The notes under the pieces are model-generated. The model made no database searches. It worked only from the letters and a program-made list of their open reading frames with translations, and was not told the origin of the DNA. A stretch of 63,648 nt of DNA, the filler included, from Chiloscyllium plagiosum (Eukaryota), in assembly GCF_004010195.1 (NCBI RefSeq). It is 4 parts of one record of this genome, joined end to end, with 100 filler letters (N's around TTAATTAATTAA, not from the genome) between each part and the next. Parts side by side here need not be neighbours in the genome. Positions count along the whole stretch, not along the records: positions 1 to 16,445 come from NC_057714.1; positions 16,546 to 43,701 come from NC_057714.1; 2 more parts are not named here. The stretch is one strand, 5' to 3'. This document shows positions 13,705 to 26,334 of the stretch, in pieces; the first letter of the stretch is position 1; every line of letters starts with the position of its first letter. A program made the position numbers and the translations under genes.

Positions 13705-14240
13705 TGTGGGCTCTACTGAGCATTCATCCCAAACTTCAGAACAGTGGCTGTGCTGCTGGCAAACCTACTACAGAACAAAAGCAGAGGTAGTGTGGACTGA
13801 GAAATGCCAAACTGCTTTGAAAAGCTGTGGCCATTTTAACATGAGAGCCTGTTTTTGTAGCTCCGAGCATTAACCAAGCATTTAAAGTAGCTAACAGTGC
13901 AAGTGATATCACAGGAGGCACTATTCTCCTTCACAAGGATAAATTCAGGATCGAGAGACCAACCAGGTACTAAATGACTATCAGAATCAGTATTCCACAG
14001 TAGAGAGGGAAGCTTTCGAATATTATTGGCTCTTAAATACTTTTAGGTATATATCCAAAGTGATCTAAAAAAAACACAGCATGTACTGACCACAACTCAT
14101 TAACTTTGGGGAACTGTTTCAGACCCAGAATGTAAAGTTATTCAGTTGGAGTTTACACCTTCAACCATACCACCTAAAAATCACTTAAATTCCAGGAAAG
14201 CAAAAATGATTGCAGATGCCCTCTCAGAATTTTGAGAAAC
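13705..14240 (+). mobile_element. Gypsy (Gmr1-like) RT-connection/RNase H remnant
   Basis: FIPNFRTVA..., WTEKCQTA, FKVANSASD..G..LL, YSTVE.E, TDHN and MIADALS followed by a stop. Homologous to 60400-61155. Confidence 0.75.
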
Positions 14241-14399
14241 ATGGTAGAACTGTGAAGGTGACATTAATCAACTGTAAGAGAATGAATGTGCATTTGGTGT
14301 TTTATGTATGTCATTCTTTTTCATCCTTTATCATCCTCCTCTAACCTAGTTAATAAGGTAAGGTTCATTCTAAACTTCCTCTATTGAATATAAGTTTGT

Positions 14400-16445
14400 T
14401 ATTAATTTTATAGCAACTTGAACTAAGCTTTCTACTTTAGTACTGAGTGGGTGTTCAGATAAGTCGGGTATGGATGCTAGGGCAGTTGCTTGCTCCTCCT
14501 GCAGAATGTGGCAGGTGGGAGACATGGCACACGTCTCCGCTGGCTACATCTGTGGGAAGTGCACCCAACTCCAGCTCCTTGAAAACTGTGTTAGGGAATT
14601 GGAGCTGGAGCTGGATGAACTACGGATCATTCGGGAGGCTGAGGGGGTAATTGAGAGAAGTTACCAGGAGTTGGTCACTCCTAAGGCTCAGGACAAGGAT
14701 AGATGGGTTACAGTTAGGGGGAGGAAAGGGGACAGACAGCCAGTGCAGAGATCCCCTGTGGACATTCCCCTCAGCAATAAGTATATCGTTTTGGATACTG
14801 CTGGGGGGGATGACCTACCAGAGGAAAGCCACAGCAGTCAATTCTCTGGCACAGAGCCTGACACTCTGGCAAAGAAGGGAAGGGGGCAGAATAGAAAAGT
14901 ACTCATGGTAGGGGACTCGATAGTTAGGGGAATCAACAGGAGATTTTGTGGTCAGGATCGGGATTCCTGGAAGGTATGTTGTCTCCCTGGTGCCAGGGTC
15001 CAGGACATCCCCGATTGGGTGAATAAGGTTCTAAAAGGAGAGAGCGAACAGCCAGAAATCGTGTTACATATTAGCACTAATGATATAGCCAGGAAAAGGA
15101 TCGAAGATATAAAAAGTGATTTCAGGGAGTTATGATGGAAGCTGCAAAGCAGGACGAACAGAATAGTGTTCTCTAGTTTACCACGAGATAGCGAGGCAAG
15201 GAACAGGGAGCAGGCGCAGCTTAATACGTGGCTGCACAGCTGGTGTAGGAGGGAGGGCTTCAGATATGTAGATAATTGGGATGCCTTCTGGGGAAGGTGG
15301 GACCTGTACAAGAAGGACGGATTGCATCTGAACTGGAAGGGGACCAATGTCCTGGGTGGAAGGTTTGCTCGAGTAGTTCGAGAGGGTTTAAACTAGTATG
15401 GCAGGGGGGTCGGAACCTGAGCTGTATACCGGAGGTGAGAGTTGATGCAGATGAAGCAATAGCAAGAGGTAGACCAGCTAGTGGGAAGGATTTTCCTGGG
15501 AAGGAACCAAGGGATCAGTTAAAGTGTGTTTGCTTTAACACAAGGAGTATCAGGAATAAAAGTGATGAACTTTGGGCATGGATCAGTACCTGGTGCTATG
15601 ATGTTGTGGCCATAACAGAGACATGGGTTTCTCAGGGGCAGGAATGGTTGCTGGATGTTCCAAGGTTTAGAGCATTTAAAAAGAATAGGGAGTGGGGAAA
15701 AAGAGGAAGGGATGTAGCACTACTAATCAGAGAGGGTATCACAGCTACAGAAGCTTCCATTCTCGAGGAAGACCTGCCTACCGAGTCAGTAGGAACAGCA
15801 AGGGAGCAGTCACCTCGTTAGGGGTTTACTACAGGTCCCCCAATAGCAGCAGGGAGATGGAAGAAAGCATAGGTCTGCAAATTTTGGAAAAGTGTGGACG
15901 TAGTAGGGTTGTTGTAATGGGTGACTTTAACTTTCCCAATATTGATTGGAACCTCCTTCAGGCAGAAGATTTGAATGGAGCTGTTTTTGTAAGGTGTGTT
16001 CAGGAGGGTTTCCTAACTCAGTATGTTGACAGGCCGACGAGGGGAGAGGCCTTTCTAGACTTGGTGCTCGGAAATGAGCCAGGGCAGGTATCAGATCTTG
16101 TGGTGATAGTGACCACAACTGTCTCACATTCTACATAGCTATGGAGAAGGAGAGGATTAGGCAAAATGGGAGGATATTTAATTGGGGAAGAGGAAACTAT
16201 GATGCAATTAGACATGAGTTAGGAAGCATAGACTGGGAGCAATTGTTCCATGGTAAAGGCACGATAGACATGTGGAGACTGTTTAAGGAACAGTTGTTGC
16301 AAGTGATGAATAAATATGTCCCTCTGAGACAGGCAAGAAGGGGTAAGATAAAGGAACCTTGGATGACAAGAACAGTGGAGCTTCTCGTCAAAAGGAAGAA
16401 GGTAGCTTACATAAGGTGGAGGAAGCTAGGGTCAAGCTCAGCTCT
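14400..16445 (+). mobile_element. CR1 LINE ORF1 (zinc finger/leucine zipper/GDSL esterase) and ORF2 endonuclease, cut off at the piece end
   Basis: ORF 14470-15135 (CSSCRMW..CGKC, VGDSIVRG, CCLPGARV), DGLHL motif, and EN motifs DVVAITETW and VVMGDFNFPNIDW. Confidence 0.92.
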
Positions 16446-16545
16446 NNNNNNNNNNNNNNNNNNNNNNNNNNNNNNNNNNNNNNNNNNNNTTAATTAATTA
16501 ANNNNNNNNNNNNNNNNNNNNNNNNNNNNNNNNNNNNNNNNNNNN
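16446..16545. other. Artificial contig linker (44 N + TTAATTAATTAA + 44 N)
   Basis: The identical 100-nt structure occurs three times, and the core gives stop codons in all six frames. Confidence 0.95.
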
Positions 16546-17580
16546 TCCTACCTTGTCCCTGCCTGCCCTGACTGTTTGACTCACTTCTGTTCTCAGCTGT
16601 ACCGGTCTCAGATCGATCTCTTTCCTCACTATCTCCCTGGGTCCCACCCCCCAACTTACTAGTTTAAATCCTCCCAAGCAGTTCTAGCAACTTTCCCTGC
16701 CAGTATATTAGTGCCCTTCCAATTTAGGTGCAATCTGTCCTTCTTGTACAGGTCACTTCTACCCCAAAAGAGATTCCAATGATCCAAAAATGTGAATCTT
16801 TCTACCATACACCTGCTCCTGAGCCATGCATTCATCTGCTCCATCCTCCTATTCCTGCCCTCACTAGCTCGTAGCACTGGGAGTAATCCAGATATTACTA
16901 CCCTTGAGGACCTCCTTTTTAAATTTCTGCCTAATTCTCTGTAATCTCCCTTCAGAGTCTCAGCCTTTTCCCTTCCAATGACCTCCTCCTGTCCCCTCTC
17001 CCCTGCGAGAACATTCTGCACCCTCTCGGAGACATCCTTGATCCTGGCACCAGGGAAACAACACACCATTCTGCTTTTTCTCTGCTGGCTACAAACATCT
17101 GTCTGTACCTCGGACTACAGAATCCCCTAACACAATTGATCTCTTGGAACCAGGCGTATCCCTCGTTGCATTAGAGCCGGTCTCAAAACTTGGCTGTTCA
17201 TGCTACGTTCCCCTAAGAATCCATCACCCCCTACATTTTCCAAAACAGCATACCTGTTTGAAATGGGAATATCCACAAAAGACTCCTGCCCAAGGTGCCG
17301 ACCTCTCTCACCCTTCCTGGAGTTAACCCATCTATGTGACTGTATCTGAGACTTTCCCCCCTTCCTATAACTGCCATCCATCACATACTGTTGCTGTTGC
17401 AAATTCCTCATCGCTTCTATCTGTCTCTCAACCTATCCACTCTATCTGCTAAGATTCGCATCCAACAGCATTTATGGCAGATATAATCCACAGTAACCCT
17501 TAAACTCTCTTTAAACTCCCACATCTGACAAGAAGTACATATCACTGCAAAGGCCATTTTTGCTCCTTCACAATCTACAG
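16546..17580 (-). mobile_element. CR1 LINE ORF1 (zinc finger + esterase)
   Basis: ORFs 16659-17069 (CCFPGARIKDV, DRLHLNWKG) and 17417-17704 (CTSCQMW...CHKC). Confidence 0.88.
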
Positions 17581-19715
17581 ACATATTTGTTTTCTGTATA
17601 GAACCTATGGTTTTTACCCAAACAAGAGGGCAATGATGAAAATTGTTCAGTACGCTTGAGTTTTGGTTGAGATGCATAGCAAATAGTTTCACCAGACATG
17701 CCACAACAAGAAACCAAAGCAGCTGTTTGGACTTGGACAGTCAATTGTCTATGTCCATACCAACAATGACATTATCTGTGATACAATAATAGCTCACAAG
17801 TGAAGCAATCATTACTTTTGTCTGACACAACAGAAGAACATATCCTCTCATTGTTGCAATGTCCCATTCTCTGCACTGCTCCTGCTTAGCTATAGCAAAC
17901 ATACAAAAAAACCATTAATTTACTGTTTCCTCATTGATAAGATTGGAAAGCAATTTGTTGAGATCTGAAAGCCCAATTCCAGTTTGTAATTGTACTTGGG
18001 ATTTTTGAGAATTTAAATAAACTGGCAGAGCATGTGATTTCGGTTTAACCCTTAATAAGATGCTTAGTGTGTGCTCGGTATGTGGGATTTAATGATGTAA
18101 CTATGCAAAAATGTCTGCTAACTGAATCACAACTTCAAACAGGCACTACAACTACCTTTATCATTGGAAAATGTAGCAAGTGGAGGATATGATTTGCAAG
18201 GTATTAGAACATATAGAACATTGAAAAGTACAACACAGAACAGGCCCTTTGGCCCACGATGTTGTGCCAAGGTTTAACCCTAATGTAAAATATAATAATT
18301 TAACCTACACACCCCTCAACTCACTGCTATCTATGTGCACGCCCAGCAGTCGCTTAAATGTCCCTAATGACTCTGCTAATGATTCTGATGGAAGTGGACA
18401 CCCTCGCCAGTCCGACTGAGCTTGGGGAACACCACTTGTGTGAAGACAACTGTATAGCCTCACTCAGGACATATCCTGAGCAGAGGAACTCTAGATTAGC
18501 CCACCACAAAACCCCAAAAGAAAGCCAAGCCTCAGCCAAATGGTGAAAATTTTCTCCGGGATCTGGGCCGGCAAGCCATTGTAGTTGCTGCCAGTATATG
18601 GAATCAACACAGCTAAAGCATCCCACTAGACCAATGTACATCCTATCTCTGGTTTGAAACAGTTAAATTGCTTAGCAACATCCAAATCAGAACCAAACAA
18701 AATAAATGCCTGGTTAAATAGAGGTCGATACCAGTGTAGCTATATCAGTGATTGCAGTTTTTAACAAAAGTCGCTCTGGACTACTCCCCTTAAGTTTGCA
18801 CAAGATCTCGGCTAGACTGAGAACCTACATTAGTGAATCTTTACAGATTAAGGGTACAACCTCTGGTCTCTAATGAAAAGCAGCTGGCTCAGTTACCATT
18901 GATTGTAGTGAAAGGCTCAGTCCCAAGTTGATGGGGTGAAACTGGTAGTGAGAGATTCACTTAGATGAGCTCAACATTTTTCAATTGGAAAATGGCTGCC
19001 TGAGTGAAGTCCTAATTAGATATCCAGAAGTCTTGCAGGGAAGTATAGGGATGATCAGAGAAGCCACGGTCACCTTGCACGTTGATCAGGAAGCAATTCC
19101 AGGAATCCGCAAGGCCCATCAGTGCCATTTGCCTTGCAGTTGGAAGTAGAGGCAGAAAAATCAGGAGACTGGAGAGTGAAGGAATCATCAAACCAGTCCA
19201 GTTTGTGGAATGGGCAGCACTGATCGTACCGATTGTGAAGCCCAACGGATCAGTTCACCTCTATGGGATTTTAAACAAACATCAACTGCTTTTCACAGCT
19301 GGATAAAACCCAATCCCTCACACTGAGGATTTATTCACAAAGTTGGCAGGGGGAATTGTCATTCATGAAGCTAGACATGAGCTATTGTGTTTAGATGAGG
19401 ATTCCCAGAAGCATTCTACAATTAATACCCATATGGTCTTCTACCAATGTACAAATCAAGCCATGCTCTTCCAGATGGTCATATGTACCATTTGGGGTAT
19501 CAGCCTGTTCAATCTTTCAGAGGACAAGAGAGAAGATTGTGTAAGGTCTACCTCAGGTTGCCATTTACTTAGATGACATTGTAATAACAGGGAGAACTGA
19601 TAAGAAGCATTTAAAACTTGGACATAGTCCTCAGGTGTTTTGCCAAAGGAGGCATATGCCATAGAAAGGGAAAAAATTGTGTTCCAGACCTACTGGGGGG
19701 TACAGAATCAACAAG

Positions 19716-21261
19716 GTCCCCAACGCCTTATCTTCACCATGGAGGTCCCCAACGCCTTATCTTCACCATGGACATCCAGTCCTTGTACACCTCCATCCCC
19801 CATCACGAAGGACTCAAAGCCCTCCGCTTCTTCCTTTCCCGCCATACCAACCAGTACCCTTCCACTGACACCCTCTTTCGACTGACTGAACTGGTCCTCA
19901 CCCTGAACAACTTCTCTTTCCAATCCTCCCACTTCCTCCAAACAAAAGGAGTAGTCATGGGCAGGGGAAGGGCCCCAGCTATGCCTGCCTCTTCGTAGGA
20001 TATGTGGAACAGTCCATCTTCCGCAACTACACTGGCCCCACCCCCCACCTTTTCCTCCGCTACATCGATGACTGTATCGGCGCCACCTCGTGCTCCCACG
20101 AGGAGGTTGAACAGTTCATCAACTTCACCAACACCTTCCACCCCGACCTCAAATTCACCTGGACAGTCCCAGATTCCTCCCTCCCCTTCCTCGACCTATC
20201 TATTTCTACCTCAGGCGACCGAATCAACACGGACATCTACTACAAACCAACCGACTCCCACAGCTACCTGGACTACACCTCCTCCCATCCTGCCCCCTGT
20301 AAAAACGCCATCCCATATTCCCAATTCCTTCGTCTCCGCCGCATCCGCTCCCAGGAGGACCAGTTCCAAAAACGCACAACACAGATGGCCTCCTTCTTCA
20401 AGGACAGCAATTTCCCCCCCGACGTGGTCGACGATGCCCCCCACCGCATCTCTTCCACTTCCCGATCCTCCGCCCTTGAACCCCGCCCCTCCAACCGCCA
20501 CCAGGACAGAACCCCACTGGTCCTCACCTACCACCCCACCAATCTCCATGTACAGCGCATCATCCGCCGTCACTTCCGCCACCTCCAAACAGACCCCAGC
20601 ACCAAGGATATATTCCCCTCCCCTCCCCTATCAGCCTGCCGTAGAGACCACTCCCACCGCGACTCCCTTGTCAGATCCACACCCCCCACCGACCCAACCT
20701 CCACTCCCGGCACCTTCCCCTGCAACCGCAGGAGGTGCAACACTTGCGCCCACACCTCCCCCCTCACTTCTCTCCAAGGCCCCAAGGGAAACTTCCATAT
20801 CCGCCACAGATTCACCTGCACCTCCACCCACATCATCTACTGCATCCGCTGCAACCGGTGTGGCCTCCTCTATATTGGGGAGACAGGCCGGCTACTTGCG
20901 GAGCGTTTCAGAGAACACCTCTGGGACACCCGGACCAACCAACCCAACCACCCTGTGGATCAACATTTCAATTCCCCCTCCCACTCCACCAAGATATGCA
21001 GGTCTTTGGACTCAGCACCGCCTTCCTAACCTGCAATCTTCTTCCTGACCTCTCCGCCCCCACCCCAGTCTGACCTATCACCCTCACCTTGACCTCTTTC
21101 CACCTATCGCATTTCCGACGCCCCTCCCCCCTACCTTTTATCTTAGCCTGCTGGACAAACTTTCCTCATTCCTGAAGAAGGGCTTATGCCTGAAATGTCG
21201 ATTCTCCTGTTCCCTGGATGCTGCCTGACCTGCTGCGCTTTTCCAGCAACACATTTTCAGC
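19716..21261 (+). mobile_element. Penelope-like element (family B, Neptune-type Cys linker), 5'-truncated, RT + GIY-YIG endonuclease, 15-bp TSD
   Basis: ORFs 19618-19998 and 20004-21029: MDIQSLYTSIPH, RYIDD, YYKPTD, CNRRRCNTCAH and IIYCIRC..CGLLYIGETGR. TSD tacagaatcaacaag at 19701-19715 and 21262-21276. Confidence 0.93.
21172..21199 (+). ncRNA. Minimal type-I hammerhead ribozyme motif (family B), stem III mutated
   Basis: CTGAAGA-a-GGGC ttat GCCT-GAAA-TGTC in the 3' terminal repeat. Confidence 0.6.
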
Positions 21262-23293
21262 TACAGAATCAACAAGACTGGGTTACACTTGTTGGAAGGT
21301 AAAGTGAAGGCAATCTAAGGTGCCCCAGCTCCCATAACCGTCCAGGAGCTTAGGTCATTTCTTGAGCTAGTGATTTATTACAGAGTTCACACATAACCTG
21401 TCACCTTTGCATCAACTTTGTATCAAAAAGGGATCAGCCTTGGAAATGGTCACGTAGCCAAACCATAGCTTTCAGTGAAGTAAAAAAACAGCTATCATGC
21501 TCTAAGCTGTTGGCACACCATGATCCCAAGAAAGATCTAGTATTGATATGCAATGCTTCCCCATATGGCATCAGGGTTGTACTAGTTCATCGGTGGCCCA
21601 ACGGAGAGGAACACCCAATAGCATATGCATCCAGGACTTTGACTAATGTAGAGCATAAATATGCCCAGATAGAGCAAGAAGGATTAGCATTCATATTTGG
21701 ATTCAGGAAATTTCAGCAATAGCTTTATGGACAAATATTTGTGAAAATCATGGAGCATAAACCTCTACTTGGGTGGGACCGCCTTGTCCTCTTTGAGCAG
21801 ACCATGTTTTTGGGCTGCAGTCTGTGCTGAGTTCTAATACTAAGTGCTTACAATTATAAGCTAGAACACCATTTCAGAGGCAGAGTAGTGAATACAGATG
21901 CATTGAGCCATCTCTCCCATTAGCAGAAACCCCGACGGTGGTACCCCTATGGAGAAGAATGTAAGGGTATTACATTTTCTGGATATCTCCGGTTACAGCT
22001 GACAATATCAGATTTTGGATGCAGAAAGATCCAGTCCTTTCAAAACTGAAACAGCTGGTGATAGGGGAACTGATGACTGTCACAATTAGAACTGAAAACC
22101 TTTTGGATCTAGAGAGACAAGCTCACAGTAGAGGATGGCATATTATTATGGGAAGCAAGAGTGATTGTCCTGAACAAAAGTCACTGCCAAATACTGGCTG
22201 AACTCCTCCAGGGCCATGCAGGAGTTTCCAAAAAGAAGGTGCGGGTGATTGTCTGGTGGCCAGAATTGGATGGAGGCTTAGCTGCGATGGTCAGGCAGTG
22301 CCCAGAGTGCAAACAAGGACAAACAATACTGCCAGCAACACCACCACATCCTTGGGAATGGCCGGGTAAATCCTAGATCTAGTTGCATGTCAACTGTGCA
22401 GGTCCTTTTATAAGCTTAGTGTTCGTTGTCATGGTAGATGCTAACTCAAAGTGGTTGGACCTGCATAGAGGCCATTCATCAAACACATAGATGACGACAT
22501 AAAAACCATTTGTGATATACTGAGTTCTGGAAGTATTGGTCACAGAATGGATTCAACACAAGGACAGCTCCATACCACTTCTCATCCAATGGCATGGCAG
22601 AAAGAGCAGGGTGAACTTCAAACTTTGAAGGCTGGCTTGAAGAAACAGTCTAAAATCTTGCTACACATCAAACTGTCACAGTTCCTATTTGATTATGGGA
22701 CCACCACACATGCAGCTACAAGGATAGCACTAGCAGAGTTGGTAGTGGGTAGAAGACACTGCACCAGGTTAACTCTGATCTTCCCAGACCTGAGTGAGGG
22801 GGTGAAACAGCCAGACACAAGGCTCCGCCAAGTGGGAGACTTTTGATACAGGGGATAAAGTTTGGTGCAAGAATCACGATAATGGTTCTGCATCGGTAAG
22901 AGGCATAGTCAATACAAAAGTCAGGTCCAGTGTCGTATAAAGTTTGCGTAGATCCTGAACATATGAAAGCCACAAATTTTCAAACCTGTGCAGGTGCAAA
23001 ACATGCGCTGCCCTTTGGAACAGTAGGAAAAGCTGTCAGAAACAGTGAGTTCGCCTTCTCTGTTGTGCACTTATGTCCTCCGAATCAGAGGTAGACATGA
23101 CGGATGTAGCCATCTTGATGCCAGAAGAAAAGTGAAATGTTATCGAGACACTCCTGGTGCAAGAGGCAAGCTCCTATGTGTTACACACCATCCATATCAA
23201 ACTCCAAGTCTGAGGAACCCTGACCTAAAGCACTCCAAAAGGTTCTCTAAGATAAAGGACCAATTTACTCTCTCTCACATATAAGAGGAGAAA

Positions 23294-24069
23294 TGTAGTG
23301 ATTGGAACATGGTCAGCTAGCTGGCCCTCTCAGAATACGTCTCCTGATTGAGGCTGTTAATCTGGTCCAATTAGGGAGTGCTAGCTGACAGAGTAAAAAG
23401 AGGAATGAAGAAAATAAAAGCACACTGGAGTGTATTGGGTTCTAAAAAAAAAAAGAAAAAAGAGGAAAACAAAGAAAAAATAAACAGGAGTGTCAGAGGA
23501 TCTGTTCACTCAGAGCTGGCTGTTGTATTGAGAGCGGCTGGGTGCTGGAAGGCTGATGGCCTGACTGTAGGAAAGCAAGTCGGGGATGGTTTGGTTAGTA
23601 CGCGGGGTTACCTGGAGCTGGTGGCTGTTGTCCGTCCCGGAGGAAAGTGGGCTGGGGACGGTCAGTCATGCGCAGGGCAGCTGGAGACCAGAAGGCCAAC
23701 AACCAGCTCATAGGAAAGCAGCCCGGGGTAGTCCGGTCAGTACATGGGGCAACTAGGAGCTGGGTGGTTGACAACCCGCCTGGAGGAAAGCGGGAGGGTC
23801 AGTCAGTACACAGGGCGGCCAGAGACTGGAAGGCCAACGACTGTCCTGCAGGAAGGCTAGCTAAGGACAGTCTGATCAGTATGTGGTGTGGACTAGTGTC
23901 AAGTGTCTTTTTATACCTACAGTAAAAAATTTAAAAAAAAATAAAAAGAGGAATGTTAGAGGTTCTGGCACAAGAGCGCACTCTGATGCAGCACTAGGGG
24001 CATGAGCTCTACATGTGTAAATATAGGGTGACTTAGTGACAGGACACCAGCCTCTGTGGAGTTATTTCA
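23294..24069 (+). repeat. Putative 3' LTR (TG...CA) containing an internal degenerate tandem repeat
   Basis: Starts TGTAGTG after the purine tract and ends gagttatttCA. The right boundary is inferred because no second LTR is present for comparison. Confidence 0.55.
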
Positions 24070-24379
24070 TGAAGTCTCCAATTTAAACAGACTTTTAAAG
24101 AATTCTATACAGAGGAATCACCCACAAGAAAATTCAATTTGAGTTCCTTCGACAAAGAGAATCAAATTGGAGGACAGTGTTCATGCTGAGCTAATGTTGC
24201 ATGATTAGCTCTGCTGTAGTTTTTGGTATAAGAATGGTTAGCACAGATTGAAGACATTGTCGTGTGTTTTGGAAGCAAATGTATATCTCACTGTCAGGCA
24301 ATTTTTTGCCTCTTCAACCATTACTTTGCATAAAGTGGAGAAAAGGGCGGATTCCTGAACTTACAATTTGCTTAGCAGC

Positions 24380-24600
24380 TTAAGAGATTGGCAAATTGGC
24401 TGAGATTGCCTTTCTGCCCTTCAGGCAGTTGACAAAGAAGCAAAGAAACTTGGAGAGCACCCAATCTAGATACGGTGTCCCAAAGTGCTTCCCAGCTGAC
24501 TGTATCAAATGCCTTGGAGACACTACAAAAGTTACGTATAGAATCATGTTTGTTGGCTTCACCTCTCCTGGATTCGTCCAGTATAATGATCATGAACCAA
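24380..24600 (-). mobile_element. Decayed RTE-like LINE RT fragment
   Basis: SKAFDTVSWEALW...LG motif in ORF 24372-24593. Confidence 0.5.
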
Positions 24601-25359
24601 ATATTTAACTTCCTTAGGTGGCAATAAGAATGGGGAGGGTGATGAAATATTTGGGTAAAATCCAGAAATCAGATTATTGTGACCAACTTTTGTAATTATT
24701 TGTCCCTTGTCATTAGGTGGTGAGATGCTATTAATAAATATTTGCATCTTTCATTACACAAATCATCAGAATTAGTCTCTGTCTGTTAGGAATAATCACT
24801 GGCCCATCGCTTCACCCACTGCAGAATGGCAAAGCTTCAGCTTCATAGGTGGCACTTTAGCAGACAGGGTCAGGCAGTAGCTTTTGTCCTTTTGTCTCAT
24901 AATCATACTTTGATGCAGAAGGCAAGCAGACAGCTTGTGACAAAAAGGGTCTGCAGCTTCCACAGCAAACCAACTGCATGTGGGAGAGAGTATGGCAATA
25001 AATGGAAAGGACAGGATAGGCATACTTAATGGGGCAAGGTTGCTTTCCAAAGTCAGTCCAGATGCCATTTCTGTTCCGGATGGTTTGCCCCGGTCAGAGA
25101 GGCAGAGGAGCAAGTCAAAAGATCATCATCATTTTAATTAGGAGGTCGGGCCACGGTCAGTCCTGAAAGCTAAAGAAAATCAGATTGATCATTGCTAGTC
25201 CATCTGAGGGACGGACTGGATTCGGGTTCAGCTGTCTTCCAAAGTTTGTCTGGGAATGGACCACCACAGGGAGTCAGGTATTAAAAAAAAAGCAAGTATT
25301 TCAATTCAGCAGTTGATAGGGAAGGCAAAGCACTGTTGCCTTTTTAGGCTTGTACTCAC

Positions 25360-25855
25360 GAGTTTAGAAGAATAAGAGCAGACCTTACTGAACTCAACAA
25401 GATTCATTCAAACAGTTTTCGTCACTACACTCCTCCTGTTCTTCAGTGTGACCTGGAATTAAGTGCTAGAGAAATTCTACCTGCAACGCTTGCAGGTTTT
25501 GAAACAACGATTCTGAGAGGGCTTTGACAGAGAAAATGTGTAAACGCTATTTCCCCATTGGGAGAGTGTAAACCACAGGGTATAATCTCAGGCTAAGGGG
25601 TCAATTTAAAACAGATAATAGGAGGAATTTATCCTTTGAGGGCAGTGAATCTGTGTAATTCTTTACTCTAGAGGGTTTTGGGGCTGGGTCATTAAGTATA
25701 TGCAAGCTTGCGATGGACAGATTTTTAATCACTCAGGGAATCGGGTTTTATGGGGAAAAGGCAGGAAAGAAGTTGAAGGTGATCAGTTCAGCTGTGCTCT
25801 CATTGAATGGCAGAGCGGACTCAATGGGCTGAATACTTTACTTTTGTCCTTAGAA
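25360..25855 (+). mobile_element. CR1 3' end, decayed
   Basis: ttagaagaataagag..., GHNL/FFS-like C-terminal region and 3' UTR, similar to 48480-49000. Confidence 0.6.
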
Positions 25856-26114
25856 TTTCTCCAGTATTTAGTTCAGGTCTCATTGAAGAACAGAAGTGTA
25901 GTGGGGACAATTGTTCTGTTGAATTTTCGTTGAGTTGCAGAGGTCTTTGTTGTCAACCACTTCACAGGGTAGTGTGTAACAGGTGGAGCTGGTGCAGTTA
26001 CAGTACTTCCCACACAGACGTCTATAAGTTTCGCAGGAAATCCAATGATCTTATAACTTGGATTGCATGAAAAGCTCACCACTATCACCTTTCAAAATAC
26101 ACAGAGAAATAGCA

Positions 26115-26262
26115 GCGGTTTAGGGAGTCCGTAGCATCTTTTGCTATAAATTCTGTGCCTTATGATCCTGCTCCACAGTTAACTGAAGGAGCAACGCTTG
26201 GAAAGCTAGTACTTCCAAATGAACCTGTTGGACCATAATCTGGTGTTGTGTGATTTTTAACT
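26115..26262 (+). mobile_element. Penelope-like family A terminal-repeat fragment with decayed hammerhead
   Basis: tttgctataaattctgtg...gaaagctagtacttccaa..cctgttggac...gtgatttttaac matches 34525-34651 and 45950-46080. Confidence 0.8.
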
Positions 26263-26334
26263 ATCAGTAAAAGCAAGTGACTCAGTGATTTACACTTTTC
26301 TGGGGGGCGATGCAAGAATAAACTATGGAACTAT

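Larger units (their letters stand above)
18380..24069 (+). mobile_element. Gypsy LTR retrotransposon (PR-RT-RH-IN order), degenerate, with 3' LTR, interrupted by a Penelope-like element
   Basis: RT (EGIIKPVQFVEWAALIVPIVKPNGSV), RNase H (CNASPYGI..VL...PIAYASRTL...YAQIEQEGLA) and integrase Zn-binding region (HAG...WWP...CPEC). A purine tract aagaggagaaa precedes TG at 23294. Confidence 0.85.

Noticed and set aside
20002..21048. 348-aa Pro/Ser/Thr-rich ORF
   Set aside because: It is a shadow frame of the C-rich Penelope RT/GIY-YIG ORF.
23530..23890. CRISPR-like regularly spaced repeats
   Set aside because: This is vertebrate DNA, the inter-anchor segments are homologous to each other rather than unique spacers, and no cas genes are present.
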